Shown: positions 13,690 through 26,350, counted from the stretch's first letter. The stretch is 61,768 bases of DNA from Octopus sinensis (GCF_006345805.1 NW_021832410.1:1-61768), one strand, 5' to 3'. Made by a program: numbers and translations. The notes: generated from the letters alone by a model not told the origin.

Positions 13690-14720
13690 TCTATGTCATT
13701 CTCTGTGTGTGCGTGTCATGTGTGTCTGTGTGTAGCTATGACTGTGTACATGTGTGTGTGTGTATGTGTGATATTTCTATGTGTGTGTATGTGCATGTCA
13801 TGTGTATCTGTGTGTAGTTATGACAGTGTGCATGTGTGTGTGTGTATGTGTGATATTTCTATGTGTGTGTGTGTGTGTGTGCATGTTATGTGTATCTGTG
13901 TGTGGCTATGACTGTGAGCATGTGTGTGTGCGTGTATGTGTGTGTGCATGTGTGTGTGCGTGTATCCATGTAGTTGAGGCAGTGTGTGTGTGTGATATTT
14001 CTGTATGTAGTTCTGACTGTTGTGTTTATGTGTGTGTGTGTGCATATCATGTGTGTCTGTGTGTAGTTATGACTGTGTGCATGTGTGTGTGTGTATACAT
14101 GTAGTTGAGGCTATGTGTGTGTGATATTTCTATGTGTGTAGTTCTGACTGTTGTGTTTGTGTGTGTGTGTGTGTTTGTGTGTGTATGTGTACATGTTGTG
14201 TGTGTCTGTGTGTAGCTATGACTGTGTGCATGTGTATGTGTGTATACATGTAGTTGAGGCTGTGTGTGTGTGTGATATTTGTGTGTGTAGTTCTGACTGT
14301 TGTGTTTATGTGTGTGTGTGTGCACATCATGTGTGTCTGTGTGTAGCTATGACTGTGTGCATGTGTGTATGTGTATCCATGTAGTTGAAGCTGTGTGTGT
14401 ATGTGTGATATTTCTATGTGTGTAGTTCTGACTGTTGTGTGTGTGTGTGTGCAAGTTATGTGTGTCTGTGTGTAGCTATGACTGTGTGCATGTCTATGTG
14501 TGTATACATGTAGTTGAGGCTGTGTGTGTGTGTGTGTGATTTTTCTATGTGTGTAGTTCTGACTGTTGTGTTTGTGTGTGTGTGTGTGCATGTTATGTGA
14601 GTCTGTGTGTAGCTATTACTGTATGCATGTGTGTGTGTGTGTGTGTCCATGTAGTTGAGTCTGTGTGCATGTATGTGTGATATATCTATGTGTGTAGTTC
14701 TGACTGTTGTGTGTTTGTGT
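13690..14720. repeat. Minisatellite, ~130-150-bp higher-order unit built on (GT)n
   Basis: Marker gtagttga at 13970, 14101, 14250, 14381, 14510 and 14651, each with ctatgactgtg and gtagttctgactgttgtg partners. Confidence 0.92.
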
Positions 14721-15929
14721 GTGTGTGTGTGTGTATATTGTTGTGACTGTGTGTGTGTATGTGTGAGTCTGTGAATGTGTGTGCATATGTGTATGTTGTG
14801 TTTGTGTATATTTGCCTATGTCTGTAAGTGTGTATTGTGTGTGTTATTGATATTTAGCTCCAGCCGGGCCATGATTGCTTGGCTATAATGATCAAAAGCA
14901 TTCCAGCTGAGACCATTCCTGATTTTAATTTGAATGCAAGAATTTATTTAGAAATATGTTGTCCGAATTGACCTTCCTTCTTTAAGATGGTAACGATGTA
15001 ACTTCACCAGTGATTTGACTGCTATTTCTAGCAAAGCTGGCTTCCTCCATTGTGTGTATGTATTATTGTGTAGCTGAGTCTGTAGTTGTGTATATGTGTA
15101 TGCACATGTTACGTATACTATATAGCTATATGTGTATATTTGTGTATCTTTGCATCAGTTTATGCGTGTGTGTGTGTATTTGTGTGTGTGGGGGACATAT
15201 TTGCAGTGTGTAGATGTGTGTATATATATGTGTGTTATTGTGCATGTATATGTGTACTTTGTGTGTGAATGCTTATGCAGTTGTGTCAGTATGTGTGTGT
15301 GTGTGTGTCTGTCATTGTAGTTGCATGTGTGTATGTATATAGTTGTGTATGTGTGTGCATGTATGCATTTGTAGTTACGTATGTAAATGTGTCTGTGTGT
15401 GAATGTGTGGGTTTGTGCATAACTCTGTGTGTTTACATCTGTAATTGTGTTAATGTGCATATGCGTGTATAGTTGCATTTGTGTATGTGCTTGCTTATAT
15501 AGTTATGTATATATATATATATATGTGTGTGTGTATGTATGAATGTGTGTGTGTATGTGTGTATCTATGTGCATCGTTCTATATGTATGTTTATTTCTGT
15601 AACTACGTGGGTGTATACAGATTTGTGAGCGTGTGTGTTTGTGTGTAGATGTATGTGTGTGTGTATATGTATTTGTGTGTAACATGTGTGTGTAGTCTTT
15701 ATACCATTATTCTACATCCTCTTCCAATTCTGTACCTAACACAGAGTCCCGCCTCCCTCCAATTTACCAATTCATCATTCCGTTTTAACGACACTCGTTA
15801 ACAGCCGCATATCTGGTGTCTCTATTTAGGGATAAGTCACACTTTTGTATAAAAGTCAAACCCCTAATTTGATGTTGGAATTTGGTATGAATAAATATAA
15901 CATACACATGCATACACACGTGTGTGTGT

Positions 15930-15965
<36 letters not shown>

Positions 15966-16079
15966 TGTGTGGCCTATATTGCTAAGAGCAATAATGGATA
16001 TGAACCTGGTAACTTTCACATTGGCCATACCCAATGACCACATATAATGTATGTATGTGTTTGTATATATGTTTTGTTT

Positions 16080-16138
16080 ATTTTATTTTATCTAGTTTCA
16101 GCTCACGAGCTGTGGCCATGCTGGGGCACCGCCATTTG
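16080..16138 (-). mobile_element. Extreme 3' tip of the same LINE family
   Basis: Reverse complement caaatggcggtgccccagcatggccacagctcgtgagctgaaactagataaataaaata is nearly identical to 30617-30668. Confidence 0.85.
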
Positions 16139-16521
16139 TATGTATATATATATAATATATATGTATGTATATATATATATATAATATATATGTGTGTACA
16201 TATATATATATGTGTGTATATATATGTATATATATGTGTATATATGGATGTATATAGTCAATTCGAGGAAGTTATATCCTCATTAGGGATTATAAAGTCC
16301 AAGATATTACGCTGGTTAATCTCTATCTTATAGCGTGAAAGTTACTGGTATATGTTAGGGATTATTGTAATGACATATATATCTTATTAATACTGAAGGC
16401 AAGAAAATGGGGAAAAAATTGGATGTATGAATAATTTATATATATATGTATACACACACAAACACACACACATATATATTCTATGTATGCATGTATATGT
16501 ATCTATATATATATATGAATA

Positions 16522-16553
<32 letters not shown>

Positions 16554-16579
16554 CATGTGGGTATGTATGTATATGTATC

Positions 16580-16610
<31 letters not shown>

Positions 16611-16966
16611 ATGTATATGTATGTATATGTATATATATATATGCATATATATATGTACATATGTATATTTATGCATATATATGTATGTATGTGTATATAG
16701 TTGGAATTTACAAAATTATGTATGTATGAATAAATGTGTATAAATATATGTGTATATCATCAACATCATATCATCGTTTAACGTCCGTTCTCCATGCTAG
16801 CATGGGTTGGACGGTTCGACCGGGGATCTGGGAAGCCAGGAGGCTGCACCAGGCTCCGGTCTTATCTGGCAATGTTTCTACAGCTGGATGCCCTTCCTAA
16901 CGCCATGTATATATATGTATATATATATATGTATGTATGTGTGTATATATATATATATATAACTAT

Positions 16967-17135
16967 TATTATTAAAATTATAACTTAAGGGTATCTAAGA
17001 GATACCACCATGCTAGATATAGTTGCTAAAATTGACTCTAAAACCACATTAAATGTTATTTTAGAGTCAAGTTTTGGCTGCTATATCTAGCATGGTGGTA
17101 TCTCTTAGATAGCCTTAATTATAATTTTAATAATA
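16967..17135. repeat. 169-bp fold-back palindrome (MITE-like or hairpin)
   Basis: ~84-bp arms with almost no loop; perfect 31-bp core 16992-17022 / 17081-17111. Confidence 0.92.
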
Positions 17136-17221
17136 TGTATTACCTATGAGGTTTTTATTCCCATGCTAGCCACCTGATATGACTGGTATTTTAAATAACG
17201 ATCTTAACCTTATATATATAG

Positions 17222-17252
<31 letters not shown>

Positions 17253-18194
17253 CATAGATATATATATATACATCCTGGTTGTACCCCAGTTTTGGCAGTT
17301 AAAACAAGGTTTAAAATAGTGTGACTGATGTGTTAGTAAAAATACAATACATTCAACACATCTTTCATATCAACCTCAACTTGTAAAAATGCTACGAATT
17401 ATAATCACAGAGGTGCCACAACCAAATAAACGATTCCTCCTGAACAAGAATCCCTGAATTTCATCACCAAGAATCCTAAAATATCTTTGCAGAGTCTGAG
17501 AGGAATTTCCCGACAGCTGAGGAATTGCTAGCGTAGAAGACGAAGAAAAATTAAGTGCTAACTACATTGCGATCTGGAGGAAGAATAGAGAGAGAGTTTA
17601 ATCAATAAAGTTTTGTACCTGTATGACAAGAGACGAATACTGAACAATGCTTGTTGTACTACCTGTAGTAGGCGCTTGGCTGTATGTGTGTATGTATGTG
17701 TTGTGTATGTATGTATGTGTGTGGTGTCCATGTGTTTACGTATGTGTGTGGTATTCATGTGTTTATGTATGTGTATGTATGTGTGTGTATGTATGTATAT
17801 ATATATATATATATGTGTGTGGTGTGTGTGTGTGTGAATGTATGTATGCATGTGTGTGTATATGTGTGTATGTATTTATATATGTGTGTGTGTGAGTGTG
17901 TGTATGACGTGTGTATGGGATGTATATATATAATATATATATATATATGTATGTGTATATATATGGAACATGCATGTATGTATGTGTGTATGAGATGTGT
18001 ATATGAATGTGTGTGTGTATGGGCGGATTTGTAATTATGTACATGCTACAGATGGATGGCTGTGTGCATCTGTACATAGTGTGAGTGTATATATATATAT
18101 TTATGAATATATATGTGTGTGTGTGCATGTGTGTATATATGCATATATACATATATATGTGTATATATAATATATATATGTATATCTATCTATC

Positions 18195-18232
<38 letters not shown>

Positions 18233-18279
18233 ATATATATATAGATATATATATATATATACCTTTCATTGATCAATAA

Positions 18280-18767
18280 TCCCTCTCCTGCCGCATACAC
18301 ATTTCCTTTTCATTCTTCTCTCTTCTCTCTCCACCTCCAACCTCACTCTCTCTTAAGTGCTCTTCCTCTCACTTTCTCTTTTCCTCCCTCCTTCTCTTTC
18401 TCTCTTTCTCTCTCTCTCTCTCTCTTTCTCTTCCACTTCTCCACTCCCAGGCATTTACAGAAGCCAAAATCTTCACTAGGCTCATTCTTGCATCCACTTA
18501 GAACATACAAAGAGAATCTCCCCCTCACTGCTTCTGTCTGATTGTCTCTCTGTCTCTCTCTCTTTGCTTCTCTCTCTCTCTCTCTTTGCTTCTCTCTCTC
18601 TCTTTGCTTCTCTCTCTCTCTCTCACTCTCAGTCTCTCTCACTCTATCTCTCTTTGCTCCTCCCTGTCTCTCTCTCGCTCCTTCTCTGTCTGTCACTTTT
18701 TCTCAGTGTCTCTGCTAGACTGTCTCTCTATCTCTGTCTTTCTGTCACTCTCAGTGTCTCTCTCTCT

Positions 18768-18808
<41 letters not shown>

Positions 18809-19060
18809 GACTGTTTCTCTCTCTGTGTGCCCTTTCTTGATCTTTCTCCCTCCGTTTTTGTTCTCTCTCCTCTCTTGGTCTCTCTCTCTCTTCTCTCTTG
18901 GTCTCTCTCTCTCTCCTCTCTTGGTCTCTCTCTCTCCTCTCTTCTCTCACTCCTCTTTTGTTCTCTCTCCCTCCTCACTTCATCTCTGTCACTCTGTCTA
19001 TCTTTTTCTCTGTCTTTCTCCTGCTCCCACACCCACACGCTCAATTCTCTTTCTCTAATG
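18280..19060. repeat. ~780-bp polypyrimidine (CT-rich) tract
   Basis: Strong strand asymmetry, degenerate (CT)n. Confidence 0.95.
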
Positions 19061-19251
19061 AAGAACTTGGTCCAAAACCTCAAGAAATTCTTTTCCCAAA
19101 GATAAACAAACTTTAAATACTTCATTAATAAACACAATATTTACTAATGGAAACTACCATTAGTCTGCTGGGATTCTCCTGTTTAGTTTTGGTGTATTCT
19201 CTTTTTTTTACTTAAGTTGTGTATATTTGTGAGTGTTTGAAACAGTGTGTG

Positions 19252-19285
<34 letters not shown>

Positions 19286-19589
19286 GTGTGTGTCTTGTCG
19301 TTTATCTGTGTATGTGTGTGTGTGAGATATATGTAAAGTTTGTTTGTGAATTTGCATGTTTGTATGTCAATCTCTAATGTCTATGTATGTAAATATAACA
19401 GTCTATTTGTCTCCTTCTCTCACTCCCACTCTCTCTCTCCCTGTGTCTATCTATCTATCTATCTATCTATTTGTCTGTCTGTCTGACCACAGTCAAACCA
19501 TCCAACCCATGCTAGCATGGAAAACGGACATTAAATGATGATGATGATGATGATACACACACTCATATGTACATACATACATACATACA

Positions 19590-19690
19590 TATGCTTTATT
19601 TAAAAGCAGCAGAAATTTAACAAAACCTGTTACTCTGAGTTTCACGTTCCCGTAACAGGTTTGTTGAATTTCTGCTGCTTTTAAATAAAG

Positions 19691-19694
<4 letters not shown>
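19590..19694. repeat. Hairpin with ~43-bp arms and 18-nt loop
   Basis: tatgctttatttaaaagcagcagaaatttaacaaaacctgttac / gtaacaggtttgttgaatttctgctgcttttaaataaagtata. Confidence 0.9.
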
Positions 19695-19730
<36 letters not shown>

Positions 19731-19734
<4 letters not shown>

Positions 19735-21266
19735 TATCATAAATAATGCGTTTTTTTCAATTGCATGAACTAAAAGTCGGAGGGGGATGGGATAAACTAC
19801 CTGCATCAACTTACTATAAAAGCAGGTAGTAATTTTACCTTGACCTTATTCTTAGTGCAGTTTGATTTTAACAGTTTTTCAAAGCTATGATAGAAGTGAC
19901 AAAAAAGCATATTCTGCAAATTTAGCTTAATGAATTCACCAAAGACAAACAGTGCAACGGAAAGTGCGAGGAATATTAATGCAGTATATGGGGATTGGAC
20001 AATAAGCAAAAGCCAATTTCAATGGTAGTTCCAGAAATTCTGAGTTGGAAACTACAGCCTAGAAGACGAGCCGCGTCCTGAAAGATCTGTAGATCTCAAT
20101 GAGGACATCTTGCAAACCGTGGTTGAACAAAATCCTGTTGAAGCTGAGTGGGGGATCTTGGACCTGGTCATTCAACCAGTCATTCAAGTCAGCGCTAGAA
20201 GAAAAATGACCATCTTTAGTTTCAAGACAATAGGTGTTCTTCCATAAGAATAATGCTCGGTCACAAACAGTGAAGATAACATTCCAAAGGCTCTTTAACT
20301 CTTTTACTCTTTTACTTGTTTCAGTCATTTGATTGCGGCCATGCAGGGGCACTGCCTTTAGTCGAGCAAATTGACCCCAGGACTTATTCTTTGTAAGCCT
20401 AGTACTTTTTCTATTGGTCTCGTTTGCCGAACCACTAAGTTTTGGGAATGTAAACACACCAGCATCGGTTGTCAAGCAATGTTGGGGGGACAAACATAGA
20501 CACACAAACATATACACACACGTATATATATATATATATATATACTCTCTCTCTTTTACTCTTTTGCTTGTTTCAGTCATTTGACTGTGGCCATGCTGGA
20601 GCACTGCCTTTAGTTGAGCAAATCGACCCCAGGACTTATTATTTGTAAGCCTAGTACTTTTTCTATTGGTCTCTTTTGCCGAACCGCTAAGTTACGGGGA
20701 TATAAACACACCAGCATCGGTTGTCAAGTGATGTTGGGGGGACAAACACAGACACACACACATATATAGACATACATACAATGGGCTTCTTTCAGTTTCT
20801 GCTTGCCAAATCCACTCACAAGGCTTTGATCAGCCCGAGGCTATAGTAGAAGACACTTGCCCAAGGTGCCACACAGTGGGACTGAACCCAGAACCATGTG
20901 GTTGGTAAGCAAGCTACTTACTACACAGCCATTCCTGAGCTGGAGCAGTTTGAATGGGAACCAATGCCCCACCCATCATATTCACTGGACATTGCCACAT
21001 CTGATTAACATTTATTCCACAGTCTTCAAAATCATTTGGATGGAAATGAATGAATTCTGTAGATGAGGTCAGAACAGTACTGGATGAATATTTTTCATCA
21101 TGGACAAGTGAATTTTGGAAGAGAGGTCTTGCAAGTGTACCAGATAGATGGAAGAGCATTGTAGAAAATGAAGGAGAGTATATTTTAGATTAAAAAAGAA
21201 CTTTATCTTTATTTTGAAAAATACAAAAAAGTATAAAGGAACCACATTATTTATGGAAAGACCCAA
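19731..21266 (+). mobile_element. Internally deleted mariner family 2 copy with a nested SINE
   Basis: Homologous to 57522-58732 (gcaacggaaagtgcgaggaatattaatgcagtatatg; gagcattgtagaaaatgaaggagagtatattttagattaa). Right TIR ...attatttatggaaagacccaa|ta ends 21266; left TIR degenerate (~19731). The middle of the transposase is missing and a SINE sits at 20293-20931. Confidence 0.9.
20293..20931 (-). mobile_element. SINE family A with duplicated 3' module, inserted in a mariner
   Basis: Head ~20931-20780; two 3' modules (~20550-20760 and ~20293-20520). Flanked by imperfect direct repeats attccaaaggct / attcctgagct. Confidence 0.9.
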
Positions 21267-21359
21267 TATATATATGTTTATATATGTGTGTGTGTGTGAC
21301 TGCATGTGTACAGTTGGCGATTTTTTTTCCTCCGTCTTCCCTTCCTTGGATCTTTCCTT

Positions 21360-21440
21360 TTCCTATGTTTCTGATGAAGAGCTCCGCTCGAAATGTTAAA
21401 TCCTCCTCCTTTCTTTCCTTTCCTGAGCGTCCAATAATAC
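21360..21440 (+). ncRNA. Type I hammerhead-like motif of the kind found in Penelope-like pseudo-LTRs
   Basis: CTGATGA 21371-21377, A, GAGC-tcc-GCTC helix II (21379-21389), GAAA 21390-21393, GCGTC 21427-21431 able to close helix III. Related copies at 47444-47525 (-) and 47630-47705 (+). Confidence 0.45.
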
Positions 21441-22324
21441 TATACTTGTTTCACGTCCTCGCGTTGTTGTGTTTTCATGTTTGGATTAACTATATATATA
21501 TGTGTTTAAATATGTATATATATATGTTGATACTTGTGTGTGTAGGTGGGTAGGTGGAACCAGGATTCTGGTTAAGATACTCAATTACTGAAACAGATTC
21601 AACATCAGCCATTTAATTGGTTGACAGAAACCATTAATTTATATAAATGTTAAATAATTATTATATTTAATTAATTGCTATATTATAATTATTTGACTGG
21701 GAGCTACAGAAAATTAGTCGTCACTTTGCATCAACTCCATCCAGCTATGGGCTATTGATGTACTTGTGTGTGTGTGTGTGTGTGTATATACATAAGATAT
21801 ACACATACATATATGTTTATATTTGTATGTGTATGTGTCAGACATATGCACATTTATCCAGTTGAGTATACACACAAACACACACATGCAAACACACACA
21901 CACATACTAACACACACTCATACAAATAAACACATACACAGCCAGTAGACACATATACAACCTACATGAAAGACAATAGCAACATGGTCACCACGGCGCC
22001 TTCCTACCTGAGAGGGCTTCGGAAAGTCACCTCAGTAAAAACCATACAGCCTGTCACCCAGCCAGACCAACATTGGTTACTCAGTCCAGCCCCCTGTTCA
22101 TTTTCAGGGCTGATAAGTTTGGCAGATTCAAACTTCCATGGCCACCGTCCTGTATTGTAAACTGCATGCATGTATGTCTGTGTGGTAATAAGTTTGATTA
22201 CCAACCATATGGTTCCATGTTCAGTCCCACTGTGTGGCAATTTGAGCAAGTATCTTCTTCTATAGCCCTGGGCCAACCTAAGCATTGTGAGTGTATTTAT
22301 TATACAGAAACTGGAGGAAACCCA

Positions 22325-22580
22325 AAGCACCATCCGATCGTAGCCGTTTGCCAGCCTCCCCTGGCACCTGTGCCGGTGGCACATAAAAAGCACCCGCTAC
22401 ACTCACGGAATGGTTGGCGTTAGGAAGGGCATCCAGCTGTAGAAACACTGCCAGATCAGACTGGAGCCTGGTGTAGCCTTCTGGCTTCCCAGACCCCAGT
22501 TGAACCGTCCAACCCATGCTAGCATGGAAAGCGGACACTAAACGATGATGATGATGTGATGATGATGATGATGATGATGA
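22325..22580 (+). mobile_element. Repeat family D: retroposon 3' end with (GAT)n tail
   Basis: ...ttaggaagggcatccagctgtagaaac...ccaacccatgctagcatggaaagcggacactaaacgatgatgatg. Copies at 16757-16905 (-), 19488-19553 (+) and 27229-27510 (-). Confidence 0.85.
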
Positions 22581-22642
22581 TGTATACACACACACACATG
22601 TATACTGAAATCAATTAATATCTGTGTGTGTGTGTATATATC

Positions 22643-22958
22643 ATTGTGTGGCACCTTGGGCAAGTGTCTTCTACTATAGCCTCGTGCCGTCCAAATCCTT
22701 GTGAGTGGATTTGATAGACAGAAACTGAAAAAAGCCCATTGTATATATGTTTATATATATATGTGTGTGTCTTTGTTTTTTCCCCCCACCCCAGTCGCTT
22801 GACAACCAATGCTGGTGTGTTTACGTCCCTGTAAACTTGCAGTTCAGCAAAAGAGATCTGTACAAAAAATACAAAAAATAAGCCCTGGGGTCGATTTGTT
22901 TGACTAAAGGCGGTGCTCCATCATGGCCACAATCAAATAACTGAAATAAATAAAAGAA
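22643..22958 (+). mobile_element. SINE family A, 5'-truncated
   Basis: Homology to other copies over body and tail. Confidence 0.85.
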
Positions 22959-23097
22959 TAAAAGAATGAAAAAATATATGTACACACACATAAAAACATG
23001 TGTCTGTACATGTCCATTCTGTGTGCTTGATTGTACAAAGAGGAAGTAAAATGCTTTCTATACATGTGGTGAAGTTTATATATATATATACATATAC

Positions 23098-23134
<37 letters not shown>

Positions 23135-23227
23135 TATATACCACACACCCACTCACTATATATATGAGTGGGTGTGTGGTAAGTAGCTTGCTAACCAACC
23201 CAACCACATGGTTCCAGGTTCAGTACC

Positions 23228-23439
23228 ACTACCCACAAGGGGCTAAACACAGAGGGGACAAACAAGGACAGACAAAGGGATTAAGTCGATTACATCGACC
23301 CCAGTGCGTAACTGGTACTTAATTTATCGACCCCGAAAGGATAAAAGGCAAAGTCGACCCCGGCGGAATTTGAACGTAACGACAGACGAAATACGGCTAC
23401 ACATTTCGCCCGACGCGCTAACGTGTCTGCCAGCTCGCC
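23228..23439 (-). mobile_element. SINE family C (tRNA-like head ggcgagctggcaga...gttcaaattccgccg)
   Basis: B-box-like gttcaaatt on the minus strand; body gtcgactttgcctttcatcctttcggggtcgataaattaagtaccagtt recurs at 23755-24352, 48775-48880, 51045-51160 and 54598-54817. Confidence 0.88.
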
Positions 23440-23754
23440 GGTAATAGAAGTATTATTATATAGAAGTATTAGAAGTATTATTATAGTCATGGTAAATAGA
23501 AGTATTATTATAGTCATGGTAAATACATTATTTTGGTTAATGACACTAAAAATATCATGAATGAGGCTAATTCAATGAGTTAAGTATCCTTTTCTATGCT
23601 AGGCAGAAGGCCTGAAATTTTTGGGGGGTGGGGGTGGGGGGAGGGGTAGATCGATGACATTATGCAACTGGTATTTAACTTATCAACTCTGAATGGCAAA
23701 GTTGACTCTGGCGGAATTTGAACTCAGAACATAGAGACAGACGAAATACCTCTT

Positions 23755-24352
23755 TCTTTACTACCCACAAGGGGCTATAAGCACAGAGAGGGCAAACAAG
23801 GACAGACAAAAGGATTAAGTCGATTATATCGACCCCAGTGTGTAACTGGTACTTAATTTATCGACCCCGAAAGGATGAAAGGCAAAGTCGACCTCGGCGG
23901 AATTTGAACTCAGAACGTAGCGGCAGACGAAATACTGCTAAGCATTTCGCCCGGCTTGCTAACGTTTCTGCCAGCTCGCCAGACACTCGGATTAAGTCGA
24001 TTATATCGACCCCAGTGTGTAACTGGTACTTATTTAATCGATCCCGAAAGGATGAAAGGCAAATTCGACCTCAGTGGAATTTGAACTCAGAACGTAATGG
24101 CATACGAAATACCACTAAGCATTTCACCCGGCGTGGTAACGTTTCTACTAGCTCGCCAGACACACATTTCTGCCAGACACATAGATTAAGTCGATTATAT
24201 CGAGCCCAGTGCATAACTGGTACTTATTTAATTGACCCCGAAAGGATGAAAGGCAAAGTCGACCTCGGCGGAATTTGAACTCAGAACATAGCGGCAGAGG
24301 AAATACCACTAAGCATTTCGCATGATGTGCTACCATTTCTGTCAGCTCTCCG
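23755..24352 (-). mobile_element. Head-to-tail array of three SINE family C units
   Basis: Units start attaagtcgattatatcga at 23814, 23991 and 24185; linkers begin agacac. Confidence 0.9.
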
Positions 24353-25353
24353 GCTTTAATGAATTAAGTATTATAACAGTGGTGTAATACATACTGTATA
24401 CCTACTTTTGCACCAACAACAACACACACAAGCACACACACCCACACATACAAACACACACACACAACACAAACACACACACACACACACGTGCACTCAT
24501 ACTCACATATACACATAGACACACACACATGTAGTTTGGCTGACGGAATAGCAGACAAAGAAAGAAATGACATTTTCAACAGTTCAGCAAGAATTCTCTT
24601 TGATTCTAAGCAGAATAGACATACATTGAAACCATTGCCAAGTCTCAGAAGAGGGATGTCTCACCGCCAACGCTACCACCACCACTACCACCACCACCGC
24701 CGCCACAACCACCACCACCAATATAACTAAATTCATAACATTCCCAGCATATAGGTGAACTAATGTCATGCAAAATATAGTGTTCTGCCTCGAAGATGCG
24801 AGGCAAATGTCTGCATACATCCTGGATATGCTTCCAGTCCATCACCAGTAACATTCCCCAATCATCTGGGCAAAATAATTATAGAGTATAGTGTCCTTTA
24901 TATATACATAATATATATATATGTGTGTGGTGTGTGTGTGTGTTATACAGTGGGTCTCTGCCGAATTCCCTCACAAGACTTTGGATGGCCTGGTGCCATA
25001 GTGGCACACATATACTCAAGCACATATTGTTTGTCATTTGGAGGAGTGACGGTGTAATTTTGGTACTTCCAGCACCACCGCAACCACCACCATTTCACCC
25101 ACATACCACACCCACCGCCATCACACCCACATATCACACCCACCACCACTACCACCCCCAGAAGCAGTAGTAGCAGCAGGAGCAGCGGCAGTGCTAACCA
25201 TTCAATAAAAATATCAGCAATTTATCTGTAGGAAATACCACTTTAATTTCCTAATTAAGCCCTCGTTATACAAAAGTCTTTTTATCTTAATGGGTACACA
25301 ATATGTATATATATATAAATATATATATACATATATATATGTATACATACATA

Positions 25354-25394
<41 letters not shown>

Positions 25395-25829
25395 ATATAT
25401 GATGATGATGATGATATATATATATATATATAATATATATATATATAGTTACACATATATATTTTACACATATATATGTTACACATATATATAGTTACAT
25501 GTATATATAGTTACACATATATATATACATACATATATATGTATGTGTGTATGTATATATGTATGTATGTATGTATATATGTGTGTGTGTGTATACATAC
25601 ATACATATATATATAAAATGTATACATTTATGTTCTATGCACAAATGAGTGTGTGCATGTGTTTGTGTGTATATTATATATGTACGCATACACACACACA
25701 CATATAGACAGACAGATAGATAGATAGATAGATGTGTGTGCGTATATATAATATATATATACACACATGCACACACATCTATATGTACGCATATGTATGT
25801 ATGTGTATATATACACACACATATATATA

Positions 25830-26195
25830 TACACATATATATTTATATTTATATATACTTACATATATATTTAAATACTGATATATGTATCTCTCTCTCT
25901 CTCTTTCTCTGTCTCTGTCTGTCTCTCTCTCTCTGTATATATAATATATAATATATTATATATTATATATATATATACATATATATATGTATATATATAT
26001 ACGTATATATGTATGTATGTCTGTGTATGTATATATATATAATATATATATATAATATATATATATTCACATCCACACACACATATATATATACACATAT
26101 ATATTTATATTTATATATACTTACATATATATTTAAATACTGATATATGTATCTCTCTCTCTCTCTTTCTGTCTCTGTCTGTCTCTCTCTCTCTG

Positions 26196-26233
<38 letters not shown>

Positions 26234-26350
26234 TACATTATATATATGTATATATATATACGTATATATGTATGTATTTGTGTATGTATATATATATATA
26301 TAATATTATAATATATATATATTCACATACACACACATCTATATATATAT
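25830..26350. repeat. Tandem duplication of a ~262-bp compound microsatellite block
   Basis: ttaaatactgatatatgtatctctc at 25871 and 26133 with identical flanking order. Confidence 0.88.

Noticed and set aside
18343-19137. R/E-rich and S/L-rich ORFs resembling RS or coiled-coil proteins
   Set aside because: Translation of (CT)n/(AG)n.
23814-24352. CRISPR-like regularly spaced repeats
   Set aside because: Units are ~170-bp SINE copies with no unique spacers; eukaryotic context, no cas genes.
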